Assembly: GCA_947084805.1 (NCBI GenBank)
Contig: CAMTUD010000028.1
Span: forward strand, 2,053-66,052
Length of the DNA stretch: 64,000 nucleotides
Direction: 5' to 3'
Origin: an uncultured beta proteobacterium
GTDB taxonomy: Bacteria > Pseudomonadota > Gammaproteobacteria > Burkholderiales > Burkholderiaceae_C
Made by a program: the position numbers and the translations under genes. Every line of letters starts with the position of its first letter. Positions within the stretch are counted from its first letter, which is position 1. This document shows, in pieces, positions 27,649 through 37,887 of this stretch. The notes under the pieces are model-generated. The model did not search any database. It was not told the DNA's origin and worked only from the letters and a program-made list of their open reading frames with translations.

Positions 27649-28796
27649 TGGCAGACAAGTTCCCTGGCGGCCCGGTGATGTGCATCGTCGGCGCGCGGCC
27701 CAACTTCATGAAGATGGCGCCCATCCTGCGCGCGCTGGCCGCGCACCAGCCGCCCCTGCCGGCGCTGCTGGTGCACACCGGCCAACACTACGACGCCAGC
27801 ATGAGCGACAAGCTCTTTGCCGACCTGCGCCTGCCCAGCCCCGACATCAACCTGGAAGTGGGCTCGGGCAGCCATGCGGTGCAGACGGCCGAGGTGATGA
27901 AGCGCTTCGAACCGGCGCTGGACGAGCACAAGCCTTCCTGCGTGCTGGTGGTGGGCGACGTCAACTCGACCCTGGCCTGCACGCTGGTGGCCGTGAAGAA
28001 GGGCGTGCCCGTGGTGCACGTCGAAGCCGGCCTGCGCAGCTACGACCGCAAGATGCCGGAAGAGATCAACCGCGTGCTCACCGACCAGGTGGCCGACCGG
28101 CTGTACACCACCGAGCGCAGCGCCGAGGCGAACCTGGTGCGTGAAGGTGTGGATGCGGCCCGCGTCTGCTTCGCCGGCAACGTGATGATCGATTCGCTGC
28201 TGAGCAACCGCGAGCACGCGCGCCCCGCTGCGGCCACGCTGCGCGAGCACGGCATCGACCCCGCCTTGCTGTCGCACCCCCGCGGCTACGGCGTCGTCAC
28301 GCTGCACAGACCGTCCAACGTCGACCAGGCCGATACCCTCAGCGCCCTGCTGGGCGTGCTGGCCGAGGTGGCCGGCGAACTGCCGCTGGTCTTCGCCCTG
28401 CACCCCCGCACGCGCGCCAACATCGAGCGTTTCGGCCTCCAGAGCCTGCTGAAACCCGAGCGCATGGTGATGCTGCCACCGCAGGGCTATCTGGAGATGG
28501 TGGGCCTGATGCAGGGCGCCACGCTGGTGCTCACCGATTCAGGCGGCCTGCAGGAAGAGACCACCGCGCTGGGCGTGCCCTGCCTGACGATGCGCCAGAA
28601 CACCGAGCGCCCGATCACGGTCAATGAAGGCACCAACACCATGGTCGGCACCGACGTGCAGGCCATCCGCGATGGTGTCGCCGCCATCCTGGCCGGCAAG
28701 GGCAAACACGGCCGTGTCCCTGAAATGTGGGATGGCCATGCCGCCGAGCGCATCGCCGCCGATTTGTACCGCTGGCTGCAAGCCGGCGCGAAGTGA
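27648..28796 (+). CDS. wecB: UDP-N-acetylglucosamine 2-epimerase (non-hydrolysing)
   Basis: GARPNFMK, HTGQHYD, HVEAGLRS, TDSGGLQEE. Confidence 0.93.
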   Translation: MADKFPGGPVMCIVGARPNFMKMAPILRALAAHQPPLPALLVHTGQHYDASMSDKLFADLRLPSPDINLEVGSGSHAVQTAEVMKRFEPALDEHKPSCVLVVGDVNSTLACTLVAVKKGVPVVHVEAGLRSYDRKMPEEINRVLTDQVADRLYTTERSAEANLVREGVDAARVCFAGNVMIDSLLSNREHARPAAATLREHGIDPALLSHPRGYGVVTLHRPSNVDQADTLSALLGVLAEVAGELPLVFALHPRTRANIERFGLQSLLKPERMVMLPPQGYLEMVGLMQGATLVLTDSGGLQEETTALGVPCLTMRQNTERPITVNEGTNTMVGTDVQAIRDGVAAILAGKGKHGRVPEMWDGHAAERIAADLYRWLQAGAK

Positions 28797-28798
28797 CA

Positions 28799-29662
28799 AT
28801 GGCGGGCATGCTCGCGCCGTCCCTCAGCAACGCCCTCACCATCGACGTGGAAGACTACTTCCAGGTCTCGGCGTTTGCGCCCTACATCCGGCGCGACGAG
28901 TGGGATGCGCGCGAATGCCGAATCGAGCGCAATATCGGCCGCATCCTGGAACTGCTGGCCGAGCGCGACGTGAAGGCCACCTTCTTCACGCTGGGCTGGA
29001 TAGCCGAGCGCTACCCGCAGCTGGTGCGCGACATCGTCGCCGCTGGTCATGAACTGGCCAGCCACGGCTACGGCCACCAGCGCGCCAGCGACCTGAGCCG
29101 AGCCGAATTCGCCGCCGACGTCGGCAACGCCAAGAAGATCCTGGAAGACCTGTCCGGCCAGGCCGTGCGCGGCTACCGCGCGCCCAGCTTCTCCATCGGC
29201 ACGCGCAACCTCTGGGCCTTCGACATGCTGGCCAAGGCCGGCTACGAATACAGCAGCAGCATCTACCCCATCAAGCACGACCACTACGGCATGCCCGATT
29301 CACCCCGCTTCGCCTACCGTGTGGGAGCCGGGCTGCTGGAAGTGCCGGTGACCACACTGCGGATGTTCAACCGCAACCTGCCTTCCAGCGGTGGCGGCTG
29401 GTTCAGGCTGTTTCCCTATGTGCTGTCGCGCTGGATGATCGACAAGGTGAACCGCGACGACCGCGAACCGGCGGTCTTCTACTTCCATCCGTGGGAGATC
29501 GACCCGGGGCAGCCGCGCGTGGCCGGCATCGACGCCAAGACGCGCTTCCGCCACTACGTGAATATCGACCGCACCGAGGCGCGCCTGCGCAGCCTGCTGC
29601 AGGACTTCCGCTGGGGCCGCATGGACCACATCTTCCTGCCCGGCGCCACGGCGCCGGCCTGA
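28799..29662 (+). CDS. XrtA-system polysaccharide deacetylase
   Basis: NALTIDVEDYFQV, HELASHG, GYRAPSFS, FYFHPWE. Confidence 0.92.
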   Translation: MAGMLAPSLSNALTIDVEDYFQVSAFAPYIRRDEWDARECRIERNIGRILELLAERDVKATFFTLGWIAERYPQLVRDIVAAGHELASHGYGHQRASDLSRAEFAADVGNAKKILEDLSGQAVRGYRAPSFSIGTRNLWAFDMLAKAGYEYSSSIYPIKHDHYGMPDSPRFAYRVGAGLLEVPVTTLRMFNRNLPSSGGGWFRLFPYVLSRWMIDKVNRDDREPAVFYFHPWEIDPGQPRVAGIDAKTRFRHYVNIDRTEARLRSLLQDFRWGRMDHIFLPGATAPA

Positions 29663-29671
29663 GACTGCAAC

Positions 29672-30709
29672 GTGGTCACCATCGAGCGTCTCGCCCCCGG
29701 CGACGCCCGCGGCGCGGCGCTGTGGGACGCCTTCGTCATGGCCTGCCCGCAGGCCACCTTCTTCCACCGCAGTGCGTGGCAGTCGCTGATGCGCGAGGTG
29801 TTCCACCACGACACCCACTTCCTCTACGCCAAGCAGGCCGGCCGCATCACCGGCGTGCTGCCGCTGGCGCACGTGAAGAGCATGCTCTTCGGCAAGTCGC
29901 TCACCAGCCTGCCGTTTGCGGTCTACGGCGGCGTGGCGGCCGACGACGAGACCAGCGCCGTGGCGCTGGAGCAGGAGGCCGAACGCCTGGCCCGCGAACT
30001 GGGTGTCGACCATCTGGAACTGCGCCAGCTGCAGCGCCAGCACGAAGGCTGGCCGCGGCAGGAGGTCTACGTCACTTTTCGCAAGGCCATCCTGCCCGAC
30101 GAAGAAGCCAACATGCTGGCCATCCCGCGCAAGCAGCGGGCGATGGTGCGCAAGGGCATCAAGAACGGGCTGAAGAGCGAGATCGACAACCACGTCGAAA
30201 GATTCTTTGCGCTCTACGCCGACAACGTGCACCGCCACGGTACGCCGGCGCTTCCGAAGGCCTACTTCGAGGCGCTACGCCGCCACTTCGGTGACGACTG
30301 CGAGGTGCTGACGGTGACAGGCGCCGGTGGCAAGCTGCTCTCCAGCGTGCTGAGCTTCTACTTCCGCGATGAAGTATTGCCCTACTACGCCGGTGACGAC
30401 TTCGCCGCCCGCGACTTGGCGGCCAACGACTTCAAGTACTGGGAACTGATGCGCCGTTCGTGTGCCCGTGGGCTGAAGGTCTTCGACTACGGCCGCAGCA
30501 AGCTCGGTACCGGGCCCTACGCCTTCAAGAAGAACTGGGGTTTCGAGCCGACGCCGCTGCACTACGAGTACCGGCTGCTGAAGCGCGACGCGGTGCCGCA
30601 GAACAACCCGACGAACGCCAAATACAAGCTGATGATCGAGACTTGGCGGCGCTTGCCCTTGGGCTTCGCGAACTGGCTGGGGCCGTTCGTGGTGCGCAGT
30701 CTGGGGTGA
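29672..30709 (+). CDS. FemAB-like protein, PEP-CTERM system
   Basis: ATFFH, LPFAVYGG, RKQRAMVRK, FDYGRSK, FKKNWGF. Confidence 0.92.
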   Translation: MVTIERLAPGDARGAALWDAFVMACPQATFFHRSAWQSLMREVFHHDTHFLYAKQAGRITGVLPLAHVKSMLFGKSLTSLPFAVYGGVAADDETSAVALEQEAERLARELGVDHLELRQLQRQHEGWPRQEVYVTFRKAILPDEEANMLAIPRKQRAMVRKGIKNGLKSEIDNHVERFFALYADNVHRHGTPALPKAYFEALRRHFGDDCEVLTVTGAGGKLLSSVLSFYFRDEVLPYYAGDDFAARDLAANDFKYWELMRRSCARGLKVFDYGRSKLGTGPYAFKKNWGFEPTPLHYEYRLLKRDAVPQNNPTNAKYKLMIETWRRLPLGFANWLGPFVVRSLG

Positions 30710-30777
30710 TGAACCATGCGGCCCAGCCATCAACTCTCAAACCGCCGACCGCAACACCTCGGCACGGGCATCGCCTC

Positions 30778-32337
30778 ATGAGTGCCGTCCTCAACGCACC
30801 TGCGTCCGTGGCGATGCCATGGCGCCGCGCGCTGGCCGCGCTGGGCCTGCTGCTCGCAGCCATCGTGCTGTTGTACCGCGACACCTTCGGCGCCATGGTC
30901 GCCATCTGGCTGCGCTCGGACACCTTTGCCCACGCCATCATGGTGGCGCCCATCACCTTGTGGTTGATATGGCGCCGCCGCTCCGTGCTGATGCTGTTCA
31001 CGCCGCGCCCGCAACCATGGCTGCTGCTGCCGATGGCACTGGTGGCTGCCGTTTGGCTGCTGGGCGACCTGGCCGGCGTCAATGCGTTGACGCAGTTCTG
31101 CGTCACCGCGCTGTTGATACTCGCCGTGCCGGCCGTGCTGGGCGTGCCGGTGGCGCGCCAGATCGCATTCCCGCTGGGCTTCCTGTTGTTCATGGTCCCG
31201 TTCGGTGACTTCCTGCTGCCGCTGATGATGGAAGCCACCGCCGATTTCACGGTAGCTGCAGTCGCCTTTTCTGGCGTTCCCGTCTACCGAGAAGGGCTGC
31301 AGTTCGTCATCCCGACGGGTGCGTGGTCGGTGGTCGAGGCCTGCAGCGGCGTTCGTTATCTCATTGCATCGTTCATGGTGGGCACCCTATTCGCCTACTT
31401 AAACTACAGCACGCTTCAGCGTCGCTTGCTGTTTTGCTTGGCCGCTATCCTTGTTCCCGTGCTGGCGAATTGGCTGCGAGCCTACATGATCGTCATGCTC
31501 GGCCATCTGTCAGGCAATACGATCGCCGTCGGCGTAGACCACCTTATCTACGGGTGGGTCTTCTTCGGCGTGATCATCCTGCTGATGTTCGTGGTGGGGT
31601 CCCGCTGGTCGGAACCCGAGGCGGTTGTGACGCTGCCGGCTCAGATCCGGAACGGCCAGACAGAGCCAGTGGCCACCGGCACTTGGGCATTGGCGTTGGT
31701 CGCCGTCGCGTTCTTGGCCCTGCCGCAGGCCGCCGCTTGGCAGCTTTCGGACTCAACTGACGTACGCAGAGTCATGTTGGCCCCGCCTGATTTGCCCGGC
31801 GCGGCTGCAGCAGACTCGCAGACACCCATGCTGTCGCCCGCTTTCCCAGGGGCAGTGGCGGCGTTCAGCCGCAGCTATGTGCAGGGCGATGCCACCGTCA
31901 CCGTGCACGTCGCCTACTTTCGCCGTCAAGGTTACGGTGCCAAGTTGGCCAGTTCACAGAACACACTGGTGCGCCTCGATGACGAGCGCTGGAACCAGGC
32001 CAGCGCCAGTAATGCGATGGTCGTGGTGGCGGACAAGGCCGTGCCGATGCGGGCCCGGGAGATATTCAGCGCCCACAGCCTGACCGCGGCCGTCCGAAAG
32101 CGGCTGGACGTACGGCAGGTCTACTGGGCCGGCGGTCGTTTCACGGGCAACGCGCAGTGGGCGTCTGCGTTGGCGATCTACGGCAGGGTGACGGGACAGG
32201 GCGACGATGCCGCCGTGATCACAATCTACACCGAAGGCGAGGACGCGAGCGTCACGGCGCCTCGCCTGAATGCATTCATCTCTGCTCACCTGCAGAGGCT
32301 GGGCTCCGTGCTCGACGCAGCACGAAATGCCCGTTGA
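30778..32337 (+). CDS. xrtA: Exosortase A with fused EpsI-like domain
   Basis: Multi-TM with catalytic Cys (VVEACSG), Arg (NWLRAY) and His (DHLIYGW); periplasmic C-terminal domain. Alternative start 30709. Confidence 0.95.
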   Translation: MSAVLNAPASVAMPWRRALAALGLLLAAIVLLYRDTFGAMVAIWLRSDTFAHAIMVAPITLWLIWRRRSVLMLFTPRPQPWLLLPMALVAAVWLLGDLAGVNALTQFCVTALLILAVPAVLGVPVARQIAFPLGFLLFMVPFGDFLLPLMMEATADFTVAAVAFSGVPVYREGLQFVIPTGAWSVVEACSGVRYLIASFMVGTLFAYLNYSTLQRRLLFCLAAILVPVLANWLRAYMIVMLGHLSGNTIAVGVDHLIYGWVFFGVIILLMFVVGSRWSEPEAVVTLPAQIRNGQTEPVATGTWALALVAVAFLALPQAAAWQLSDSTDVRRVMLAPPDLPGAAAADSQTPMLSPAFPGAVAAFSRSYVQGDATVTVHVAYFRRQGYGAKLASSQNTLVRLDDERWNQASASNAMVVVADKAVPMRAREIFSAHSLTAAVRKRLDVRQVYWAGGRFTGNAQWASALAIYGRVTGQGDDAAVITIYTEGEDASVTAPRLNAFISAHLQRLGSVLDAARNAR

Positions 32338-32395
32338 TTCAGGCCGCCTTCCCGCGTGCATCCGGTCAACAATTGTTCAAGAAGGATCCACTGTC

Positions 32396-33676
32396 ATGAG
32401 CACCGTCGCAGTCATCGGCCTGGGATACGTCGGCCTGCCGCTGGTTGTCGAGTTCGGTAAGCACGTTCGCACGATCGGGTTCGACATCGCGCAAAGCAAG
32501 GTGGATGCGTGTGTACGCGGCACCGACCCCTCGCGCGAGCTTCCCGATTCTGAACTCGCCCTTGCCATACATGCGGTCTACACGTCTGACCCCAGTATGC
32601 TGCGCGAGGCCGATATGGTCATCGTCGCGGTGCCGACGCCAGTCGACGAGGCGCACATCCCTGACTTCAGACCACTCGTCGGCGCATCGGCCAGCGCGGG
32701 GCGCAACCTGAAGATTGGCGCCACTGTCATCTACGAGTCGACGGTGTACCCCGGCGCCACGGAAGAGGTCTGCATACCCGTGCTGGAGCGCGAGTCGGGC
32801 TTGAAGTGGAAGACCGATTTCTTCGTGGGCTACAGCCCCGAGCGCATCAACCCCGGCGACCGCGAACACACGCTGACCAAGATCTTGAAGATCGTGTCAG
32901 GCGACACGCCCGAGACCCTGGACAAGGTGGCCAGGCTGTACGAGATGATCGTCATCCCTGGCGTTCATCGTGCCAGCAGCATCAAGGCCGCCGAAGCAGC
33001 CAAGGTCATCGAGAACACACAGCGCGATCTGAACATCGCGCTGATGAACGAGTTGGCCATCATCTTCGACAAGATCGGGCTCGACACCACCGAGGTCTTG
33101 GAGGCCGCCGGCACGAAGTGGAACTTCCTGAAGTTCAAGCCAGGACTGGTGGGCGGGCATTGCATCGGCGTGGACCCGTACTACCTGACGCACAAGGCCG
33201 ACATGCTGGGCTACCACCCTCAGGTCATCCTGGCGGGGCGCCGCATCAATGACGGCATGGCCAAGTTCGTGGCCGAGCAGACCATCAAGCAGATGATCGC
33301 CTCGGGCAGCACCATCAAAGGTGCCAAGGTCAATGTGCTGGGGCTCACGTTCAAGGAGAACTGCGGCGACCTGCGCAACAGCAAGGTCATCGACATCATT
33401 CGCGAGTTGGAGACCTACGGCGTGGCGGTGTTCGTGACCGACCCGACGGCGGACCCGGCGGAGGCCGCTCACGAGTACGGCGTCAATCTGACGCCGTTCG
33501 ACGACCTTCCGCGTGCCGACGCCATCGTTGCCGCGGTGGCACATCGCGAGTACCAAGCACTGTCGAGCGAGGAGCTGGGGTGCAAGATGGTGAAGGGTGG
33601 GGTCTTCATCGACGTGAAGGCGGTGTTCGACGCCAGGACGCTGCAGGCTGCTGGCTATCGGGTTTGGCGGCTATGA
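32396..33676 (+). CDS. UDP-HexNAc 6-dehydrogenase (TviB/WbpO-like)
   Basis: GLGYVG, ESTVYPG, YSPERINPGD, KVIENTQRD, GGHCIGVDPYY. Confidence 0.92.
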   Translation: MSTVAVIGLGYVGLPLVVEFGKHVRTIGFDIAQSKVDACVRGTDPSRELPDSELALAIHAVYTSDPSMLREADMVIVAVPTPVDEAHIPDFRPLVGASASAGRNLKIGATVIYESTVYPGATEEVCIPVLERESGLKWKTDFFVGYSPERINPGDREHTLTKILKIVSGDTPETLDKVARLYEMIVIPGVHRASSIKAAEAAKVIENTQRDLNIALMNELAIIFDKIGLDTTEVLEAAGTKWNFLKFKPGLVGGHCIGVDPYYLTHKADMLGYHPQVILAGRRINDGMAKFVAEQTIKQMIASGSTIKGAKVNVLGLTFKENCGDLRNSKVIDIIRELETYGVAVFVTDPTADPAEAAHEYGVNLTPFDDLPRADAIVAAVAHREYQALSSEELGCKMVKGGVFIDVKAVFDARTLQAAGYRVWRL

Positions 33677-33692
33677 GCGTGAGGGCCGCTAG

Positions 33693-34259
33693 GTGCGCCT
33701 CCTGATTTACGGGGCGCGTTCGTTTGCCATCACAGTGGCTGACTTGGCGCGAGATTGCGGGCATGAGGTGGTCGGAATGATCGACGACATGGGCGCAAAA
33801 GGAGACGGCATTGTCGGCACGTTTGCAGAACTCGGTTCGACGTTCGACGGCGCCGGTGTCGTGATGGGCATTGGCTACAACAACCTTCCGGCTCGATGGA
33901 CCGCGTGGCAAAGGGTGCGAGCTTCGGGGCGACCGACGCCGGCGCTCGTACATCCTCGTGCCTACGTGTCAGCAAGTGCGTCGGTCGGCCTAGGCAGCTT
34001 GGTGATGGCGTGCGCTGTCGTTGACCGGGCTGTACGATTGGCAGAGGCCACGGTAGTGTGGCCGGCAGCCTGTGTAAGTCATGACACCGAAATTGGTGCC
34101 AATACTTTCATCTCGCCCAATGTGACAATCTGCGGCAATGTGATAGTTGGACCGCACACTTTCGTAGGCGCAGCCGCGGTGATTGCCGACCATTGCGAGG
34201 TGCCGGAGTCCTCGTTTATCCGCATGCAAGAACGTTACGTCAGTAATCGGCGGTCATGA
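33693..34259 (+). CDS. Hexapeptide-repeat acyltransferase (NeuD/PglD-like)
   Basis: LLIYGA Rossmann-like start, LVHP.A, left-handed beta-helix hexapeptides, SHD catalytic His. Confidence 0.85.
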   Translation: MRLLIYGARSFAITVADLARDCGHEVVGMIDDMGAKGDGIVGTFAELGSTFDGAGVVMGIGYNNLPARWTAWQRVRASGRPTPALVHPRAYVSASASVGLGSLVMACAVVDRAVRLAEATVVWPAACVSHDTEIGANTFISPNVTICGNVIVGPHTFVGAAAVIADHCEVPESSFIRMQERYVSNRRS

Positions 34260-35260
34260 CCATCGAACATACACAAATGGGCCAAACGGGAACGACGGCT
34301 GAGCAAAACGTTTCGATGCCGCCGCGTTCGCTTCGGTGGAGCATTGTCTCGACGATGTACCGCTCTCGCGAGTTTCTCGAGGCCTTCTTGGCCGAATGCG
34401 TCGACATGATGCGATCCCTGGGTGATGGGGAGTTCGAAATTATCTTGGTCAACGACGGGTCGCCCGATGATTCGATTGACTACGTCATCAGCCGCTGCGC
34501 CGACATTCGTGAACTTGTCGTAGTTGACTTATCGCGTAACTTCGGCCATCACAATGCTATCCATGCAGGCCTGCGCCACTCGCGAGGCGAATTCGTATTT
34601 CTGATTGACTGTGACTTAGAGGTTCGGCCAGCGGCGCTGCGCACCCTCTTCGAAAAACTGCAGCAGACAAGAGCAGACATGGTCTTCGGATACCAGCAGG
34701 CGCGTAAAGGCAATTGGTTCGAGCAGTTCACCGGTAGAGTCTTCTACCGCGGAATTAACGCACTCAGCGACGTGAAGGTCCCGAACAACGTGTTGACCGA
34801 GCGGGTGATGAGCCGACGATTTGTCGATGCGATGTTACAGATGGGTGACTACAACCTGTTCATCGCCGGAATGATGAGTTGGACCGGGTACGTCCAAATC
34901 GGTCTTCCGATTTTGAAGGTGCAGCGCGAGGGGCGCAGCAACTACACCTTATTGAAGAAACTGCAGCTGATGGTTAATGCCGTCAGTTCGTTTTCTTCTA
35001 AGCCATTGACTTGGCTTTTCAACGCGGGTATCGGAATTACCCTGCTGAGCTTTAGCTATGTCAGCTACCTGATCTTCCGAAAGATAGCCTTCGGTGATGC
35101 GTTGCTGGGGTTCACGTCGATGATGGGCTTTCTCGCGATAACCCTGGGCGTCACGACCACAGCCCTCGGCGTCGTCGGCATTTACCTAGGCAAAGTCTTC
35201 AATCAGGTGCAGAACCGCCCGACCTATATAGTCAAGGACATCCACAAGGGCGCTCGCTGA
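34256..35260 (+). CDS. GT2 polyprenyl-phosphate glycosyltransferase (GtrB/ArnC-like)
   Basis: VNDGSPD, LSRNFG, IDCDL, two C-terminal TMs, RPTYIV. Confidence 0.9.
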   Translation: MTIEHTQMGQTGTTAEQNVSMPPRSLRWSIVSTMYRSREFLEAFLAECVDMMRSLGDGEFEIILVNDGSPDDSIDYVISRCADIRELVVVDLSRNFGHHNAIHAGLRHSRGEFVFLIDCDLEVRPAALRTLFEKLQQTRADMVFGYQQARKGNWFEQFTGRVFYRGINALSDVKVPNNVLTERVMSRRFVDAMLQMGDYNLFIAGMMSWTGYVQIGLPILKVQREGRSNYTLLKKLQLMVNAVSSFSSKPLTWLFNAGIGITLLSFSYVSYLIFRKIAFGDALLGFTSMMGFLAITLGVTTTALGVVGIYLGKVFNQVQNRPTYIVKDIHKGAR

Positions 35261-35323
35261 GCTTTGCGAGGTGGCGCGCCACTGATTGCACGATGCTGTT
35301 TTACCCACTGAGGGGATGCAACT

Positions 35324-36058
35324 GTGAACACTTTGCTCGAGACGCCTTCGATTGGCGCCACTACCAAACGTGTCGCAGTCCTGCAGTCGAACTACATCCC
35401 CTGGAAGGGCTACTTCGACATCATCCACGACGTAGACCTGTTCATCTTCTACGACGACCTACAGTTCACAAAGAACGACTGGCGCAACCGAAACCGGATC
35501 AAGGCGGCGACTGGCACAGAATGGATCACGATTCCCGTTGGCCAAGACACGAACCGGCTGATCTGCGAGGTCCAACTCAAGGACAATGCTTGGCAGGCTA
35601 AACATTGGCGCACGCTCCAGCAAGTGTATGGACGCTGTCCATTCTTCGGTCTTTACAGGTCGTACTTCGAAGACGTCTACTTGGGCAGAATCTGGACCAA
35701 CTTGTCGGAGCTTAACCAAAGTCTAATTCGCCACATCTCGTGCGAGTTCCTGGGGCTGAAGACAATGTTCGCGGATTCGCGTAGCTGGGCACTCAGAGGT
35801 CAGAAGCTTGATCGCCTGCTAGACCTACTGGTGCAGAGCGGAGCTACCTCTTATTTGTCCGGGCCTGCGGCGAAAGACTACATCGAAGTCGAACGTTTTG
35901 AGCGCGTCGGTATCACGCTGGGGTGGAAGAGCTACACCGGCTATCCCGAGTATTCACAGCGGTTCCCTCCATTCGAGCATGGGGTTTCAATCCTGGACCT
36001 GCTCTTCAATACCGGACCCGAAGCGGCGCAGCATATTTGGGGGTGGCGAGGCTCCTGA
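35324..36058 (+). CDS. WbqC family protein
   Basis: QSNYIPWKGYFD, WRNRNRI, YLSGP, SILDLLFN. Confidence 0.9.
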   Translation: MNTLLETPSIGATTKRVAVLQSNYIPWKGYFDIIHDVDLFIFYDDLQFTKNDWRNRNRIKAATGTEWITIPVGQDTNRLICEVQLKDNAWQAKHWRTLQQVYGRCPFFGLYRSYFEDVYLGRIWTNLSELNQSLIRHISCEFLGLKTMFADSRSWALRGQKLDRLLDLLVQSGATSYLSGPAAKDYIEVERFERVGITLGWKSYTGYPEYSQRFPPFEHGVSILDLLFNTGPEAAQHIWGWRGS

Positions 36059-36343
36059 AGTGATGGGTCGGCCGCAGGGTGCCGCTGACCCTCGCGCCAC
36101 TTGGCTGATCCGTCTCCCGTCTTGGCTACGTTCAAGCGCCGCGAGCAGGCGCACGCTGGGCGTGATCGATGTCCTTGCGGAGGCCCCGATCGGGAAGAAA
36201 ATCATGCAAAGGGTAGGTCCAGTTTTTCGGATGCGCTTTTGCTGCCGCCTGGGCGTAGTGAATGACGCCTTCGCTGCGAGGTTGTTTCGGCCATGTCACG
36301 CCCCTGTCCGTTCGCAATGCCAACCTGAACCTTTCTGTTGTCC

Positions 36344-36727
36344 ATGAAAACGCGCTTTGATCTACTCGGCCACTTGCTTATCGCGACCACCATTTTCTTC
36401 ACCGTCTATGGACAATTAGTCCTTAAGTGGCAGATGGGTGGTGTTGGCCCGCTACCAGCTGGGCACCTCGCGAAGTTGATCTTTCTGCTCCAGCAGTTCC
36501 TGAACCCATGGATCCTTTCGGGCTTTATTTCGGCCTTCCTAGCCTCACTGGCCTGGATGGCCGCCATGACGCGATTCGAGCTAAGTTACGCCTACCCGTT
36601 CATGAGTCTCGCCGTCGTGATTGTGATGATCCTGGGTGTTGTGTTCTTCGGCGAGACAGTCAATCTGCCAAAGGTGCTCGGCACGCTGCTGGTTATGTTC
36701 GGCTTGGTTCTCATATCGCGCGCCTGA
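36344..36727 (+). CDS. Small 4-TM EamA/SMR-like protein (ArnE/ArnF-type flippase candidate)
   Basis: 127 aa, four hydrophobic helices, GQL.LK and LSYAYPF motifs. Confidence 0.85.
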   Translation: MKTRFDLLGHLLIATTIFFTVYGQLVLKWQMGGVGPLPAGHLAKLIFLLQQFLNPWILSGFISAFLASLAWMAAMTRFELSYAYPFMSLAVVIVMILGVVFFGETVNLPKVLGTLLVMFGLVLISRA

Positions 36728-36752
36728 GACTATTGACTTTTGCGGAGCACCC

Positions 36753-37880
36753 ATGACTCTGATCCCCTTCAACAAGCCGTTCATGACCGGCAAGGAACTC
36801 TGGTACATCGCCCAAGCCCATGCCAAGGGCCACTTGGCCGGTGACGGCAGTTTCACCAAGCTGTGCAACCGCTGGATCGAACAGCGGACCGGCTCGCCGA
36901 AGGCGCTGCTCACGCACTCCTGCACGGCGGGGCTGGAGATGGCGGCGCTTCTCGCCGACGTCGAGCCCGGCGACGAGGTGATCATGCCGTCCTACACCTT
37001 CGTATCGACTGCGAACGCCTTCGTGCTTAGGGGCGCCGTCCCGGTGTTCGTGGATGTTCGTCCCGACACGCTGAACCTGAACGAAGAACTCATCGAGGCG
37101 GCGATCACCGACAAGACCCGCGCCATCGTCCCCGTGCACTACGCTGGAGTCGGCTGCGAAATGGACGCCATCATGGCCATCGCAGGGCGGCACAAACTCA
37201 TCGTCATCGAAGACGCCGCGCAGGCGCTGATGTCGACCTATCGCGGCCGCCCGCTGGGTGCCATCGGCGACATGTCCGCCATCTCCTTCCATGAGACGAA
37301 GAACATCATCTCTGGCGAAGGCGGGGCCTTGCTAGTGAACAACGAAGCCATGGCGGCGCGCGCAGAGGTCATTCGAGAGAAGGGCACCAACCGCAGCCAG
37401 TTCTTCCGCGGCCAGGTCGACAAGTACACGTGGGTCGACGTCGGCTCCTCCTACCTACCGGGAGAGATCATCGCCGCCTTCCTGTGGGCGCAGATGGAGG
37501 AGGCTGATGCCATCACGAAGCGGCGGCTGGCGATGTGGGACACCTACCACCAGTGGTTTGCCACCGCCGAGCAGCAAGGCAAGCTGCGGCGGCCCATCGT
37601 GCCCGAACACTGCACGCACAACGCGCACATGTACTACGTGCTGTTGCCAGACCTGGCGCGTCGCACGGCTGTGATCGAGCGACTCAAGGCCGCCGGCATC
37701 CAGAGCGTGTTCCATTACATCCCGCTGCACAGCGCGCCGGCGGGGCGGAAGTACGCCCGCGCCCACGGCGACATGAGGGTCACCGACGACATCTCCGACC
37801 GGCTTGTCCGCCTGCCCTTGTGGGCCGGGCTGGAGGACCGGCAGGTCGAGGTGATCCAGGGCGTCTTGTCGGTGCTATAG
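36753..37880 (+). CDS. rffA: dTDP-4-amino-4,6-dideoxygalactose transaminase
   Basis: IPFNKP, SCTAGLEMAA, EDAAQ, SFHETKN, GQVDKYTW motifs of WecE/RffA. Confidence 0.92.
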   Translation: MTLIPFNKPFMTGKELWYIAQAHAKGHLAGDGSFTKLCNRWIEQRTGSPKALLTHSCTAGLEMAALLADVEPGDEVIMPSYTFVSTANAFVLRGAVPVFVDVRPDTLNLNEELIEAAITDKTRAIVPVHYAGVGCEMDAIMAIAGRHKLIVIEDAAQALMSTYRGRPLGAIGDMSAISFHETKNIISGEGGALLVNNEAMAARAEVIREKGTNRSQFFRGQVDKYTWVDVGSSYLPGEIIAAFLWAQMEEADAITKRRLAMWDTYHQWFATAEQQGKLRRPIVPEHCTHNAHMYYVLLPDLARRTAVIERLKAAGIQSVFHYIPLHSAPAGRKYARAHGDMRVTDDISDRLVRLPLWAGLEDRQVEVIQGVLSVL

Positions 37881-37887
37881 ACGTACC

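Noticed and set aside
36059..36343. Hidden gene in the gap after wbqC (and in 39496-39696)
   Set aside because: Short ORFs with no motif, RBS or codon bias I can support.
36427..36756. VPEP motif suggesting a PEP-CTERM protein
   Set aside because: It lies in an off-frame ORF inside the flippase gene and has no TM-basic tail.
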